From Bacteroidales bacterium (GTDB lineage: Bacteria > Bacteroidota > Bacteroidia > Bacteroidales > P3), in NCBI GenBank assembly GCA_045640985.1, contig JAZUFZ010000017.1, positions 18,125 through 82,124 of the forward strand: a DNA stretch of 64,000 nt, given 5' to 3'. Below the pieces are notes generated by a model that was given only the letters and a program-made list of their open reading frames with translations, had not been told where the DNA came from and made no database searches. This document shows positions 20,330 through 29,922 of this stretch, in pieces (the first letter of the stretch is position 1; every line of letters starts with the position of its first letter). A program made the position numbers and the translations under genes.

Positions 20330-20337
20330 CAAAGGTA
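20330..20337 (-). promoter_or_regulatory. candidate -7 box (TACCTTTG on the minus strand) for the small proteolipid gene
   Basis: CAAAGGTA on the plus strand, ~50 nt upstream of the ATG at 20281. Confidence 0.3.
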
Positions 20338-20497
20338 CGAAGATTTTTTGATATGGGGAAATTTTTTCCTGTTTGACAAAATAACAGAGATGTCGGGAGT
20401 GGTTTCCCTCCCGGGACGGGTGGTCCACGGGGACGCTGGGAAGGGAAAATCCGGGGGCGGATTTCCTCCTGCTCAAGGTCGGGGTAAAAAGGGGTTT

Positions 20498-20573
20498 TCT
20501 GCGCCTTTTCTCCGCTCTTTCTCCGCTCTTTCTCCGCTTTTTCTCCGCTTTTAGAGCGTAGAAAAGGCGCAGA
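20498..20573. repeat. 76-bp palindrome-capped tandem array: TCTGCGCCTTTTC ... GAAAAGGCGCAGA enclosing 4 x 11-bp CTCCGCT units
   Basis: CTCCGCT starts at 20510, 20521, 20532 and 20543, an exact 11-bp period. 13-bp inverted repeats sit at both ends. Confidence 0.85.
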
Positions 20574-20731
20574 TATCCCGGAGAAAATACGGCAGAAACC
20601 CAGCGTTACCAGAGAGACATAAGGGAGATATGTCGGGCCAAGCCGGGCATCGGACATCCGCTTTTCTTTCGCCTGAGCCTTCCTCTGGATGAAAAAATGG
20701 GAAAAAATTTTGCAAATTGAAGATTATTTTG

Positions 20732-20739
20732 TAATTTTG
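20732..20739 (+). promoter_or_regulatory. candidate -7 box TAATTTTG for sbcDC
   Basis: TAnnTTTG match 57 nt upstream of the ATG at 20796. Confidence 0.4.
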
Positions 20740-20795
20740 CATAATCTTTATCGTTATAATATGACGAAACAAAGTCTTTACAAAAAGAACAGTAT

Positions 20796-22055
20796 ATGAA
20801 AATCATCGCTACTTCCGACTGGCATCTGGGCAATATCTTCCACGGGAACGACCGTCTGCCTGAACATATTCATTTCCTCGACTGGCTCAATACTCAAATC
20901 AGGGAGCATCAGCCGGATGCACTTTTGGTGGCTGGAGATGTGTTTGATAACGGCAATCCTTCTGCTGCCGCCCAATCGGCCTATTACGCCTTTCTGGCTG
21001 AGGCTACTGCCCGCTGCCCTCATATAAGAATCGTCATCACGGCAGGAAATCACGATTCCGCCTCCCGGCTGGAGGCCCCGAGGGAACTGCTTTCCCGCCA
21101 CAACGTGGAAATCAGAGGCAGTATCCACCGCGAATGGGTGTCGGACGAGACGGACGGCCATTGGGAAATCGACTACGACGACCTGATGATTCCCGTGAAG
21201 GACCAGGAGGGAAATGAGATCGTGGTGCTTGCCGTGCCGTTTCTCCGGAGCGACATCGTGAGGGACGCGAACTACTCGCAAGGGGTGAACCGTATTCTGA
21301 AAGAGCTTACGGAAAGGGCTCGGGGAAAATTTCCAGGACTTCCGCTCGTGATGATGGCACATATATACGCCAAAGGAGCAGAAATAGCCCATCAGGAGGC
21401 GAGCGAGAAAATCGCCATAGGAGGACAGGAAGAGGTTAATATGGAGGGATGGGCGGACCATCCGGAATACCTCACCTGCGGACATATACATAAACGCCAG
21501 CATGTGTGGAACACCGACTGGGCCCGCTATACGGGGAGTGTCCTCCCGATGTCGTTTGCGGAAAAGGACTATCGTCATGGGGTAGATCTTATCACCTTTG
21601 AAGGGAACCGTCCGAGGGTGGAACTTCTGGAATACCAGCCTCAGCACCGGCTGCGTGTCTTCCCCGAAAACGATGAGGACTATACCATCAACAAACTGAA
21701 GAAACTCCTTGACGGGGAACTTGCCGACCGGGTGGAAGGCAGACTGTCCGGGAATTTTGAATATCTGGTACTCCGGGTACAGCAGGACCGTATAAACAAC
21801 GACGCGGTGAAAGACCTTGAGAGTTTTATAGAGACAAAAGATGCGGTGCTATGCAAGATGCAGAAGATCAGTACTCAGATTGACATACACACGCTCACGG
21901 ACCACCAGCAGCTGAGAAGTGTTGACGATATTCTCAACCGGGACCCGATGGAGGCGCTGAAAGAATGTTTCCTTATAAGGCAACAGAAGGAACTCAACCC
22001 TAACCAGCTCCAGATTCTGGAAGAAATAATAAATAACGTGAAGGTAAACTCTTGA
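20796..22055 (+). CDS. sbcD: exonuclease SbcCD, nuclease subunit D (Mre11-like)
   Basis: MKIIATSDWHLGN, GDVFD and GNHDS calcineurin-like phosphoesterase motifs. Confidence 0.88.
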   Translation: MKIIATSDWHLGNIFHGNDRLPEHIHFLDWLNTQIREHQPDALLVAGDVFDNGNPSAAAQSAYYAFLAEATARCPHIRIVITAGNHDSASRLEAPRELLSRHNVEIRGSIHREWVSDETDGHWEIDYDDLMIPVKDQEGNEIVVLAVPFLRSDIVRDANYSQGVNRILKELTERARGKFPGLPLVMMAHIYAKGAEIAHQEASEKIAIGGQEEVNMEGWADHPEYLTCGHIHKRQHVWNTDWARYTGSVLPMSFAEKDYRHGVDLITFEGNRPRVELLEYQPQHRLRVFPENDEDYTINKLKKLLDGELADRVEGRLSGNFEYLVLRVQQDRINNDAVKDLESFIETKDAVLCKMQKISTQIDIHTLTDHQQLRSVDDILNRDPMEALKECFLIRQQKELNPNQLQILEEIINNVKVNS

Positions 22056-22068
22056 AAAAAACGCAATC

Positions 22069-25000
22069 ATGAAACTTCTCAAACTCGAAATACAGAACTT
22101 GGCTTCACTTGACCGTCCTGACGGCGAAGTGATAGATTTTGAATCAGGCGCCTTAGGTGAGAGCACCATCTTCAGCATTGTGGGACCCACGGGAAGCGGA
22201 AAATCCACTATCCTTGACGCTATCTGTCTGGCGTTATACAACCGTGCCCCACGCTATCCGAAAGAGAAAGGCGAGCGAAACCAGAAGATAGAGATCTACG
22301 GCGACATGGAAGAAACGGAGAAAAACCGACTTGCCCCTACCGACGGACGCAATATCCTGACCAAAGGCAAGAAGGAAGGCTATTCAAAAGTTACCTTCCT
22401 GGCCAACAACGGGGATATATACCGAGCAGAGTGGTATGTAAAATTCATGAGAACCAATTATCAGAATGCTATCACCTCTCTCTATAAACTGACCCCGGAC
22501 GGAGACCGCTGTATAGAATCCGAGGAAGACTGGAACCAGCTTCAGCAGATTATCGGACTGGATTATGATCAGTTTCTGCGGACCGTACTGATAGCCCAGG
22601 GCGCTTTTGCGGACTTTCTCAATGCCAGCGTGGAAGACCGATACGAACTGCTTGAAAAACTGGTGGGATGCAAAGAAACCTATACTGCAATTGCAAAGGA
22701 AATCAATGCCCGGAAAGAGAAAGCCCAGCAGGCATATAACGAACTGGCCGCCACTACAAAAGCATATAAGGAAAAAATGCTGGAAACGCAGGAGGCGGAA
22801 GCGCTCCTTCAGGAAATCCAGCAACTGCAAGCCTCTGAAAAGAAGTTTTCTGAAAACCTTGAACAAATCAGAAACAGCACAAAATGGTATCAGGATGAAG
22901 AACTGATGCTGAAAGATATTCAAGGGAAAGAAGCCGTGTATGACGCTGCAAAAAAGAACTTGACAAGCATTGAGGATAAAGTCAGAAAGCTGGAACTCTA
23001 CGATGCCATTCTGCCAGCCATAACGATACGACACGACTGGCTGCGTATGGAGGGGGAAAACACCCGAATCCAGAACGCCATCACAGAGACCCGAAAAACT
23101 ATGGACCTCCAGAATAAAGACTACATAACTAAAGGCGAGGAATTAAATATCCTTCAGAAACAGCTTTCCGAAATTCTTAACATGACGGCGGCTCTGACTC
23201 CCCATATCAGGAAAGCCCGGGAACTGAAAGGGCTCCTTGTCCCCGCCCGAGAAAAATTGAATGAAAAAACTATAGCCAAGGAAACCGCCTTCACAGCAAA
23301 GAACGTGGCAGAAAAAGCCGTGGAGGACAACGCGGTAAACATACAGAAAGCGGACGAAGAACAGAAATCGGCAACCCGGAAACTGACTGAATACACACAA
23401 AAAATAGCGGAGAAAAGAATCCTGCTGAACCAAACTGAAAAAAAAGCAGCGGAAGACCTCGCAAAAGAAAACCAGAAGGCAGAAGGGCTAAACTTTGAAC
23501 TTCTACAGCAACAGAAAGAAACTGCCACCCGAAATCTCACGGACTTGAATACCGCTATGGAAACCGTCAGGAGCAGGGATGCCAAGCAAAAGGAACTATT
23601 GGAGAAGCAGCAAGAGGCAGCCGTGCTTAAAGAGCGAAACCATCAACTGCAGGAACTGATTTCAAAACTCACCATCAAGGACCTGAATACCGAGGTGGAA
23701 GAACTGAAAACCCTCTATACATTGACCTCCAGCGAACAATGGGGCCAACACCGGAACCTGCTGAAAGAGGGGGAACCCTGTCCTTTGTGCGGAGGCGTAC
23801 ACCATCCATACTCAGATAACCCAGAACTTTTTAACAAAGTTTCCTCCGAACTGATGTCCCTTCTGCAGAAAAAGAAATCCGAACTGGAAGCACAACGGAA
23901 ACAAGAACAGACCCATACCGGAGAACTGCAGGAAAACCTTGGAAAAGCGGCCGGATTGGAACATTTAATCAGTAATCTGAATGCCGATATCAAGAATTAT
24001 AATGACATTATGGAGCGCATTCACGGAAAGCATCCGGAATGGCCTGAGGAATACACCCAGATAGAGGCTCTGAAACCTTCCTGCGAAGATGCAGAAACTG
24101 CCGCCCGGAAAGCTTTGACGGACTATACCGCCTTGATGGAAAACATTAAAAAACTGACCGAAATCCGAAATACCGCAACCAAAGCATTAACAGAATTTGA
24201 AACCAATGCAAGCAAGGCTTTGGAACAAGCCCAGCAGGCGGTTGCTGCCACCAACGAAAAACTGACTCACTACAAAACCCTGAGCAGTTCCTTCGCCCAA
24301 CAGTTGCACGAGAAACAGTTGTACTATACCCAATCGGAACTTGAATATACGGCTGCTAAAGATGCAGTAGAAAACCTGAACAAACAATATCAGGAAGAAC
24401 TGCAGGGAAAAGACCCAGACACGGAAGAATTTCGACTTACAGAAGAAAAGCAAAAAGTTGATACTGCCATAAGTAAACAATCCGAAATTCTCGAAACACT
24501 CAGAAACGATCTGAGCAATCTGGCAGGTTTCCTTACAAGTCAGGAGAAGATACAACAGGATAACAATGCTGCTATCCAGGAGAAAAAACTACTGTTGGAA
24601 GGGTGGATTAAACAATATAATGAAAGTCATGACGGGACGAACATTTCGGCGGATACCGTAATAGAGCTGATGGAATCAACAGAAGATTGGAATGCTATTC
24701 GTCAGCTGAGAGACGAGAGGTCCAGTTCGCTCACTTCGGCACTTACCCTTCTGAATGCCGCTAAAGAAACAGTCCAAACACATCAGCTTTCCAAGCCCGA
24801 GTTCTCCCGTGAGGAACTTCTGGTACAACAGAATCTGCTGCAGGAACAATTACAGCAAAATCACGATAGTCTCATCGTCAGAAACACAAGATACCAGAAC
24901 CATTTAGAAGCCTCCAAGGTAATTGGTGAACAAGCCGAACAACTGGCTCAGGCAGAACAGGAAAACGATGACCTGTCGGCTATCACTACCGCAATAGGAA

Positions 25001-25473
25001 GCGATGGAAAGACCCTGAGAAAAATTGCCCAATGTTATACGCTGCAATTTCTTATTGAACATGCAAATGCAGAAATCCGTAAGTTCAACAGCCGGTATGA
25101 ACTGATGCCCGTAAAGAATTCTCTGGGCATCCGTGTGATTGACCATGACCGGGCTGACGATATCCGTGATACTACTTCCCTTTCAGGCGGAGAAACATTT
25201 ATCGTGAGTCTCGGACTGGCTTTAGGACTTTCATCGCTCTCCTCCCGCAACATCTCTTTCGGAAATCTCTTTATTGATGAGGGATTCGGTACACTAGACC
25301 CAGAGATGCTGGGTATCGTGATTGATGCGCTTGCAATGTTGCAGAGTTCTCAAAACAAAAAGGTGGGGGTAATTTCTCATACCGACATTATGAGTGAACG
25401 TATCACAACCCAAATCAGGATTATCAAAAACGGAAACTCGGGCAGCAGCCATATTGAGGTTTACCCTAGTTGA
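22069..25473 (+). CDS. sbcC: exonuclease SbcCD, ATPase subunit C (Rad50-like SMC protein)
   Basis: N-terminal Walker A GPTGSGKST, ~800 aa of coiled coil with a central zinc hook CPLCGG, and C-terminal LSGGE.F...L and DEGFGTLD motifs. Confidence 0.88.
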   Translation: MKLLKLEIQNLASLDRPDGEVIDFESGALGESTIFSIVGPTGSGKSTILDAICLALYNRAPRYPKEKGERNQKIEIYGDMEETEKNRLAPTDGRNILTKGKKEGYSKVTFLANNGDIYRAEWYVKFMRTNYQNAITSLYKLTPDGDRCIESEEDWNQLQQIIGLDYDQFLRTVLIAQGAFADFLNASVEDRYELLEKLVGCKETYTAIAKEINARKEKAQQAYNELAATTKAYKEKMLETQEAEALLQEIQQLQASEKKFSENLEQIRNSTKWYQDEELMLKDIQGKEAVYDAAKKNLTSIEDKVRKLELYDAILPAITIRHDWLRMEGENTRIQNAITETRKTMDLQNKDYITKGEELNILQKQLSEILNMTAALTPHIRKARELKGLLVPAREKLNEKTIAKETAFTAKNVAEKAVEDNAVNIQKADEEQKSATRKLTEYTQKIAEKRILLNQTEKKAAEDLAKENQKAEGLNFELLQQQKETATRNLTDLNTAMETVRSRDAKQKELLEKQQEAAVLKERNHQLQELISKLTIKDLNTEVEELKTLYTLTSSEQWGQHRNLLKEGEPCPLCGGVHHPYSDNPELFNKVSSELMSLLQKKKSELEAQRKQEQTHTGELQENLGKAAGLEHLISNLNADIKNYNDIMERIHGKHPEWPEEYTQIEALKPSCEDAETAARKALTDYTALMENIKKLTEIRNTATKALTEFETNASKALEQAQQAVAATNEKLTHYKTLSSSFAQQLHEKQLYYTQSELEYTAAKDAVENLNKQYQEELQGKDPDTEEFRLTEEKQKVDTAISKQSEILETLRNDLSNLAGFLTSQEKIQQDNNAAIQEKKLLLEGWIKQYNESHDGTNISADTVIELMESTEDWNAIRQLRDERSSSLTSALTLLNAAKETVQTHQLSKPEFSREELLVQQNLLQEQLQQNHDSLIVRNTRYQNHLEASKVIGEQAEQLAQAEQENDDLSAITTAIGSDGKTLRKIAQCYTLQFLIEHANAEIRKFNSRYELMPVKNSLGIRVIDHDRADDIRDTTSLSGGETFIVSLGLALGLSSLSSRNISFGNLFIDEGFGTLDPEMLGIVIDALAMLQSSQNKKVGVISHTDIMSERITTQIRIIKNGNSGSSHIEVYPS

Positions 25474-26603
25474 CGGCGCAAGGCCTGATCAAGACGGAAA
25501 AGGGTATCTCTTACGGAGACGAGTTCTGGGAGCGGACTGGTGGCGAAATTAAGGTGTGACGGAACTGTCTTGCCCTGTTGCTGCAGAAACTTAAGCAAAT
25601 TACAATCAGAAGTTGGAAACCCTTTCATAAACTGAAGTATTCTCAGTCCGTCAACCCGTTCATGGCAGGCATGGATAAACTGTTCCTGATGCTTGAAATT
25701 ACGACGCAAGGGGCCCCATATATCAGAGGTACGGAGCTGCTGCTGAAGAAACGGCGTCATAGGGGTAGGAATATCTTCCAGAAAGAGCTGCGGAAATTTC
25801 TGGATCGTTTCCTCCACCGCCTGAAAAGCCTCAGCAGGATAGAAAGGATATCGCTGCTGTTGCTGTGCTATAGTAGTGAGCACGGCAGGTCCTGTGCCGA
25901 AAGGAACCCGTGGGGAGGGTCTGCCTTGCGGAAACACCAGAGCTGGAGTAGAAAGAAGCAAGGAACCCGTTTTTGCGAATTTCTGCATCAGATAGAAATC
26001 TTCCCCAGCAGGCAATGGAGTAATTCCTCCTACACGGTTATACGACCATAGAGGAAATACCATAGCTGATCCAAGCGCCGAAAAGGCGTAAGGACTCCCA
26101 ATAAGCAGCAGCGAAAGGAAATAATGACGCATATAGCACTCGTAGCGCAAGAGACTGCGGGCACAGGTTTCCTCATCGGGAACGGGATGATAATAGGGTA
26201 CAGCGAGGGCATGCGCCTCAGGATGGGCATTCATGGAATCCAGCACTTGTTGAAGATAGCAGGGGGCTATCAGCGTGTCGGCATCGAGGCTTACTACCAG
26301 TTCATCAAGAGTAGCGTGCGCCTGAATGGCTTTGAAAAGTGCTTGACGAGCATATCCTACCCCACTTTTGCGCAAAGGCCATCCTCGACCTTCTGAGCAA
26401 TGGTCAAGAAGGATGATGTTTTCGCTGTAGGCGAGGAGACGGAGGGTATCCGCATTATGAATACAAACCTGAAGATGGGCATCATTATCATCATGCCACC
26501 AATCGTCGGGTTGGTTTACACAGATATATACCGTAAAATTCCGAAAAGTCTGGGCTTCCAGTTGCCGCAGCAACCGAGGCAGAGCATCCGGTTCATCCAT
26601 CAC
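25461..26603 (-). CDS. family-2-like glycosyltransferase (start codon uncertain; see findings)
   Basis: ...ITVAIPVMDEPDALPRLLRQLEAQTF... and SLDADT (DxD-like). The ORF is open up to 26663, but the first canonical starts are GTG 26603 and ATG 26600. Confidence 0.7.
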   Translation of the reverse strand: MMDEPDALPRLLRQLEAQTFRNFTVYICVNQPDDWWHDDNDAHLQVCIHNADTLRLLAYSENIILLDHCSEGRGWPLRKSGVGYARQALFKAIQAHATLDELVVSLDADTLIAPCYLQQVLDSMNAHPEAHALAVPYYHPVPDEETCARSLLRYECYMRHYFLSLLLIGSPYAFSALGSAMVFPLWSYNRVGGITPLPAGEDFYLMQKFAKTGSLLLSTPALVFPQGRPSPRVPFGTGPAVLTTIAQQQQRYPFYPAEAFQAVEETIQKFPQLFLEDIPTPMTPFLQQQLRTSDIWGPLRRNFKHQEQFIHACHERVDGLRILQFMKGFPTSDCNLLKFLQQQGKTVPSHLNFATSPLPELVSVRDTLFRLDQALRRQLG

Positions 26604-26635
26604 TGGTATGGCTACTGTGATATGAGTATAACGTG

Positions 26636-27847
26636 CTATAGCTTTATGATTTTGCAGGTGGTGTTACCTACCTTGAGTGGATATACTCCAGCGGGATAAC
26701 GGCTGAGGTCGTACTCGTAACGTTGAGTGCCTTTCTCAACAATAACAGGACCTGTTGTAGGATTGGGATAGACGCGTAGTTCCTCCGGTAAAGGAGATGT
26801 GAGGGAGACCGTATGGGTAGGAGCATTATGAATTTCGGCAATATACCGCAGGAGCGGAGTGGCGAGTACCCTCCAGTAGTGGGGCAACTGGTCGGCGGGA
26901 AGACGTTTTGCCTGTGATATCTCAAGGGTAATCTCTCGTATTGAATGGTAATAATTCATATAGTCCTGTCTGCCGTTATGGATGACATACCAGTCTCCTC
27001 CCACGATTACACCGGAAGGACATACCGCAGTGAAAAAGAGCGAATCAACTCTGCGACAGGAATCTACCATACGCTGACATATCTGCTGAAACCAGAGTTG
27101 GTCGGGGTGCTGCTGCCGGACAGAAGTGAAACTGTCCCACGGGAGATTGCAGACCTGGTCGCCCCCATGGATGTTCACGGCCATGAGAAAATGATGCTGC
27201 CCCACATAATTCATCATCGCTTCATTTTCAGGCTGGATCGGGTCGAGGGGCGGAGTGCCGAAGGGATCAGGATAATTACGGTTGAGATCTACACGATTGG
27301 CATTATAGCGCCATGAGGAGGATACGGTATAATCGCCTCCATGGTAGGTTCCGTCAGGATTTGAAAGGGGATTAATATAGATGTGGGTAGTGTTGAGTAA
27401 CTGAGTGAGCATGGTATCGGTTCCATAGGAGGAGAGGAGCGTGTCACACAGATGGAGCGTAAGCTGGTATCCGGTAAGTTCGTCTCCATGGATAGTGGAA
27501 GAATAGAAGAACTGGGGAGCATCTTCGGGAGTACTATTGCCGTGAATATGCAGTGCAAGTATCAGTCTGCCCTTTACGCTGACCCCTATCGTATCAAGGC
27601 TACAGAGATGCGGATAACGCTGTGCCAGATAGTTCATATAGACGATATAGGTGGGATATGTCGGATAACAATCCCAGTGATACAGGTCGCTGATCGACAA
27701 AGCCATCGTGAGAGAAGATTTGGGAATATTCTCTTCTTCAGGCGGGAAAGCATCCTTGCGGATATGCTGAGCCTCCGCAACAAAGCCTACACCCACCAGC
27801 ATAAGGAAAACAAGAAACCGCTGCTGGCAAAAAAATCTTGACTGCAT
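26636..27847 (-). CDS. M14-family zinc carboxypeptidase with T9SS C-terminal sorting domain
   Basis: Signal peptide. HGDELTG (zinc HxxE), NPDG and NRN motifs. C-terminus LRVYPNPTTGPVIVE...GVYPLKVGNTTCKIIKL. Confidence 0.85.
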   Translation of the reverse strand: MQSRFFCQQRFLVFLMLVGVGFVAEAQHIRKDAFPPEEENIPKSSLTMALSISDLYHWDCYPTYPTYIVYMNYLAQRYPHLCSLDTIGVSVKGRLILALHIHGNSTPEDAPQFFYSSTIHGDELTGYQLTLHLCDTLLSSYGTDTMLTQLLNTTHIYINPLSNPDGTYHGGDYTVSSSWRYNANRVDLNRNYPDPFGTPPLDPIQPENEAMMNYVGQHHFLMAVNIHGGDQVCNLPWDSFTSVRQQHPDQLWFQQICQRMVDSCRRVDSLFFTAVCPSGVIVGGDWYVIHNGRQDYMNYYHSIREITLEISQAKRLPADQLPHYWRVLATPLLRYIAEIHNAPTHTVSLTSPLPEELRVYPNPTTGPVIVEKGTQRYEYDLSRYPAGVYPLKVGNTTCKIIKL

Positions 27848-27856
27848 GAATAGCCC

Positions 27857-28483
27857 TTAGAAATGCTTTTCGCTCTCGGTATGGATAATACCTGTTTTAC
27901 GCACACGCTGTACGGGAGAAGGATTCTTTGGACGGGAAATTCGTGGCGGACGTTTCTTGAGACGTGGAATATATTCAACATCACCAGACTCGTTCACCTC
28001 AAGTCCATAGACTTTCTCGGTATCAAGATTGACTTTCACACGCCAGTAGTGGCCACAACCACCTCGTGTGAGAATAATATCCTCACCCAATTTTGAAGTT
28101 ACCGAAGCATCCCAGATGAAGTTGCACCATACAATCTTGTAACCGTGGATGTCAGTGAAACCCACATACTGACGTTCATACTTGCGCATGTGTTCATCTA
28201 TGACGGGACATTTGCCACCTTGGTTCTCATGTTCACGATTCACGTAGGCTATACGTTTCTTGATGAGTGCCTCAGCTTTGGCTATATCTGCATCAGTAGG
28301 GGTATAACGTCCGTCCTGACTCTCGATGGTAAAATCCACTTCCCAATTCTTATGGTACGAAAAGCCATGATAAAAGTTGCCTTCAACTTCTTCAGCCTTA
28401 AAAGTTTCTTCCGGTACAATACGCTCTTGAGCCACACCTGAAAAGGCAGCCAGAAGCATTATGGAGAGGAGTATTTTCTTCAT
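27857..28483 (-). CDS. hypothetical secreted protein (208 aa from the internal ATG)
   Basis: MKKILLSIMLLAAFSGVAQ signal peptide begins at the ATG at 28483. A -7-like box 25 nt upstream supports this start over the longer 28558 ORF. Confidence 0.7.
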   Translation of the reverse strand: MKKILLSIMLLAAFSGVAQERIVPEETFKAEEVEGNFYHGFSYHKNWEVDFTIESQDGRYTPTDADIAKAEALIKKRIAYVNREHENQGGKCPVIDEHMRKYERQYVGFTDIHGYKIVWCNFIWDASVTSKLGEDIILTRGGCGHYWRVKVNLDTEKVYGLEVNESGDVEYIPRLKKRPPRISRPKNPSPVQRVRKTGIIHTESEKHF

Positions 28484-28507
28484 TTCTATTAGTATCAAAA
28501 ACCGATG

Positions 28508-28515
28508 CAAAAGTA
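28508..28515 (-). promoter_or_regulatory. candidate -7 box (TACTTTTG on the minus strand)
   Basis: CAAAAGTA on the plus strand, 25 nt upstream of the ATG at 28483. Confidence 0.35.
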
Positions 28516-28577
28516 CTAAAAATTTAATACATGGACAAATTTTTTTTATTTTTTTCACATATATGAAAAAAAATTCC

Positions 28578-28585
28578 TATATTTG
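28578..28585 (+). promoter_or_regulatory. candidate -7 box TATATTTG for the CoA-transferase operon
   Basis: TAnnTTTG match 100 nt upstream of the ATG at 28686. Confidence 0.35.
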
Positions 28586-28685
28586 CAGACTGATAACCAA
28601 TGCGTAGAATGCCCCTTAGGGAGGTGGAAAATATTTAATACACAACGCATTCGGACGAATTGAATAACAAAAAAAATTAAACAAT

Positions 28686-29333
28686 ATGAACAAATTTGTC
28701 ACAGTAAAAGAGGCCGCAGAGAAGATTCACGACGGCATGACCATCATGGTTGGAGGATTTTTGGGAGTTGGTAACCCAATCGCCCTTATCGACGAAATCG
28801 TAGCCCGCGGGGTGAAAGACTTAACCATCATCACCAACGATACAGCATATCCAGAAGTGGGAGTGGGCAAGCTCATCACCAACCATCAGGTAAAGAACCT
28901 GATTGCTACCCATATCGGCACCAATAACAATACTATCGACCAGATGAACTCGGGCGAACTGAACGTAACGCTGCAACCTCAGGGAACACTCGCAGAACAA
29001 ATCCGCGCAGCAGGCGCTGGTCTCGGTGGAGTTCTTACCCAGACCGGACTGGGTACCATCGTAGAAAAAGGCAAGGAGAAGATCACTATCGACGGTAAGG
29101 AATATCTTTTAGAGAAACCTATCCATGCCGATGTAGCAATCCTGGGAGCCAACATCTGCGACGAAAGCGGAAACCTGGTATATAAAGGAACTGCCCAGAA
29201 CTTCTGCCCTATGATGGCTACCGCAGCAGACATGGTGATTGTGGAACCTCAGGAAATCGTAGCTACCGGAAGCATCGCTCCCGAAAACGTGAAGACTCCT
29301 GGAATCTTTGTAGATTATATCATTAAGAAATAA
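28686..29333 (+). CDS. 3-oxoacid/acetate CoA-transferase, subunit A (AtoD/ScoA-like)
   Basis: [27 protein letters not shown] and [18 protein letters not shown] are collinear with E. coli AtoD as I remember it. Confidence 0.85.
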   Translation: MNKFVTVKEAAEKIHDGMTIMVGGFLGVGNPIALIDEIVARGVKDLTIITNDTAYPEVGVGKLITNHQVKNLIATHIGTNNNTIDQMNSGELNVTLQPQGTLAEQIRAAGAGLGGVLTQTGLGTIVEKGKEKITIDGKEYLLEKPIHADVAILGANICDESGNLVYKGTAQNFCPMMATAADMVIVEPQEIVATGSIAPENVKTPGIFVDYIIKK

Positions 29334-29347
29334 ATAAAACTAATACT

Positions 29348-29740
29348 ATGGCAGTAAAATCAATGCTCCGCGTTCGTATGAGCGCAAAAGACGCCCACTA
29401 TGGCGGAAACCTCGTTGATGGTGCACACATGCTTCACCTCTTTGGTGATGTAGCAACCGAACTTCTTATCATCCAGGACGGCGATGAAGGCCTGTTCTGC
29501 GCTTACGATATGGTAGAATTCAAAGCTCCTGTATATGCAGGCGACTATATTGAGGCATACGGCGAAATCACCCATGTAGGCAATACCAGCCGCAAGATGA
29601 CCTTCGAGGCATATAAGGTTATCAAGACCCGCCCCGACATCAGCGCCAGTGCAGCCGACGTACTTGAAGAAAAGATTCTGGTATGCCGCGCCAGCGGAAC
29701 CTGTGTAACCCCTAAGGATTGCCAGCGCAACAACAAATAA
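29348..29740 (+). CDS. hotdog-fold protein resembling 3-aminobutyryl-CoA ammonia-lyase (Kal) of the lysine fermentation pathway
   Basis: 130 aa. [35 protein letters not shown]...[23 protein letters not shown] resembles Kal-type hotdog proteins from memory. Not verified by search. Confidence 0.5.
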   Translation: MAVKSMLRVRMSAKDAHYGGNLVDGAHMLHLFGDVATELLIIQDGDEGLFCAYDMVEFKAPVYAGDYIEAYGEITHVGNTSRKMTFEAYKVIKTRPDISASAADVLEEKILVCRASGTCVTPKDCQRNNK

Positions 29741-29776
29741 TCCGCAGAAATTATTTTCTTTTTCATAGTGAAGATA

Positions 29777-29803
29777 GAAGCCTCGCAAGGGCTTCTTTCT
29801 TCT
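29777..29803 (+). terminator. candidate rho-independent terminator after the Kal-like gene
   Basis: GAAGCC-TCGCAAG-GGCTTC stem-loop followed by TTTCTTCTTATT. Confidence 0.5.
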
Positions 29804-29922
29804 TATTATACCCTCTGGCAGTATTAATCTATAGTTTTATTCTGGAAATCCTTGGTTCTCAGTCTGCGCGCGGTCGCTCCGTTGTGCTTGGCGCAGAACC
29901 ACCACCGGGGACTCCGCACCGC

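Noticed and set aside
20288-20772. Several 73-112-aa ORFs on both strands in the proteolipid/sbcD intergenic region
   Set aside because: They read through the CTCCGCT tandem array and its palindrome. They are mutually overlapping on both strands and low-complexity.
20796-25473. sbcD-sbcC considered as a candidate novel defence (Rad50/Mre11-like, Lamassu/Gabija-type) system
   Set aside because: The sizes, the motifs (phosphoesterase motifs, Walker A/B, CPLCGG zinc hook) and the two-gene order are those of canonical housekeeping SbcCD. There are no extra effector domains or accessory genes, and the composition matches the host.
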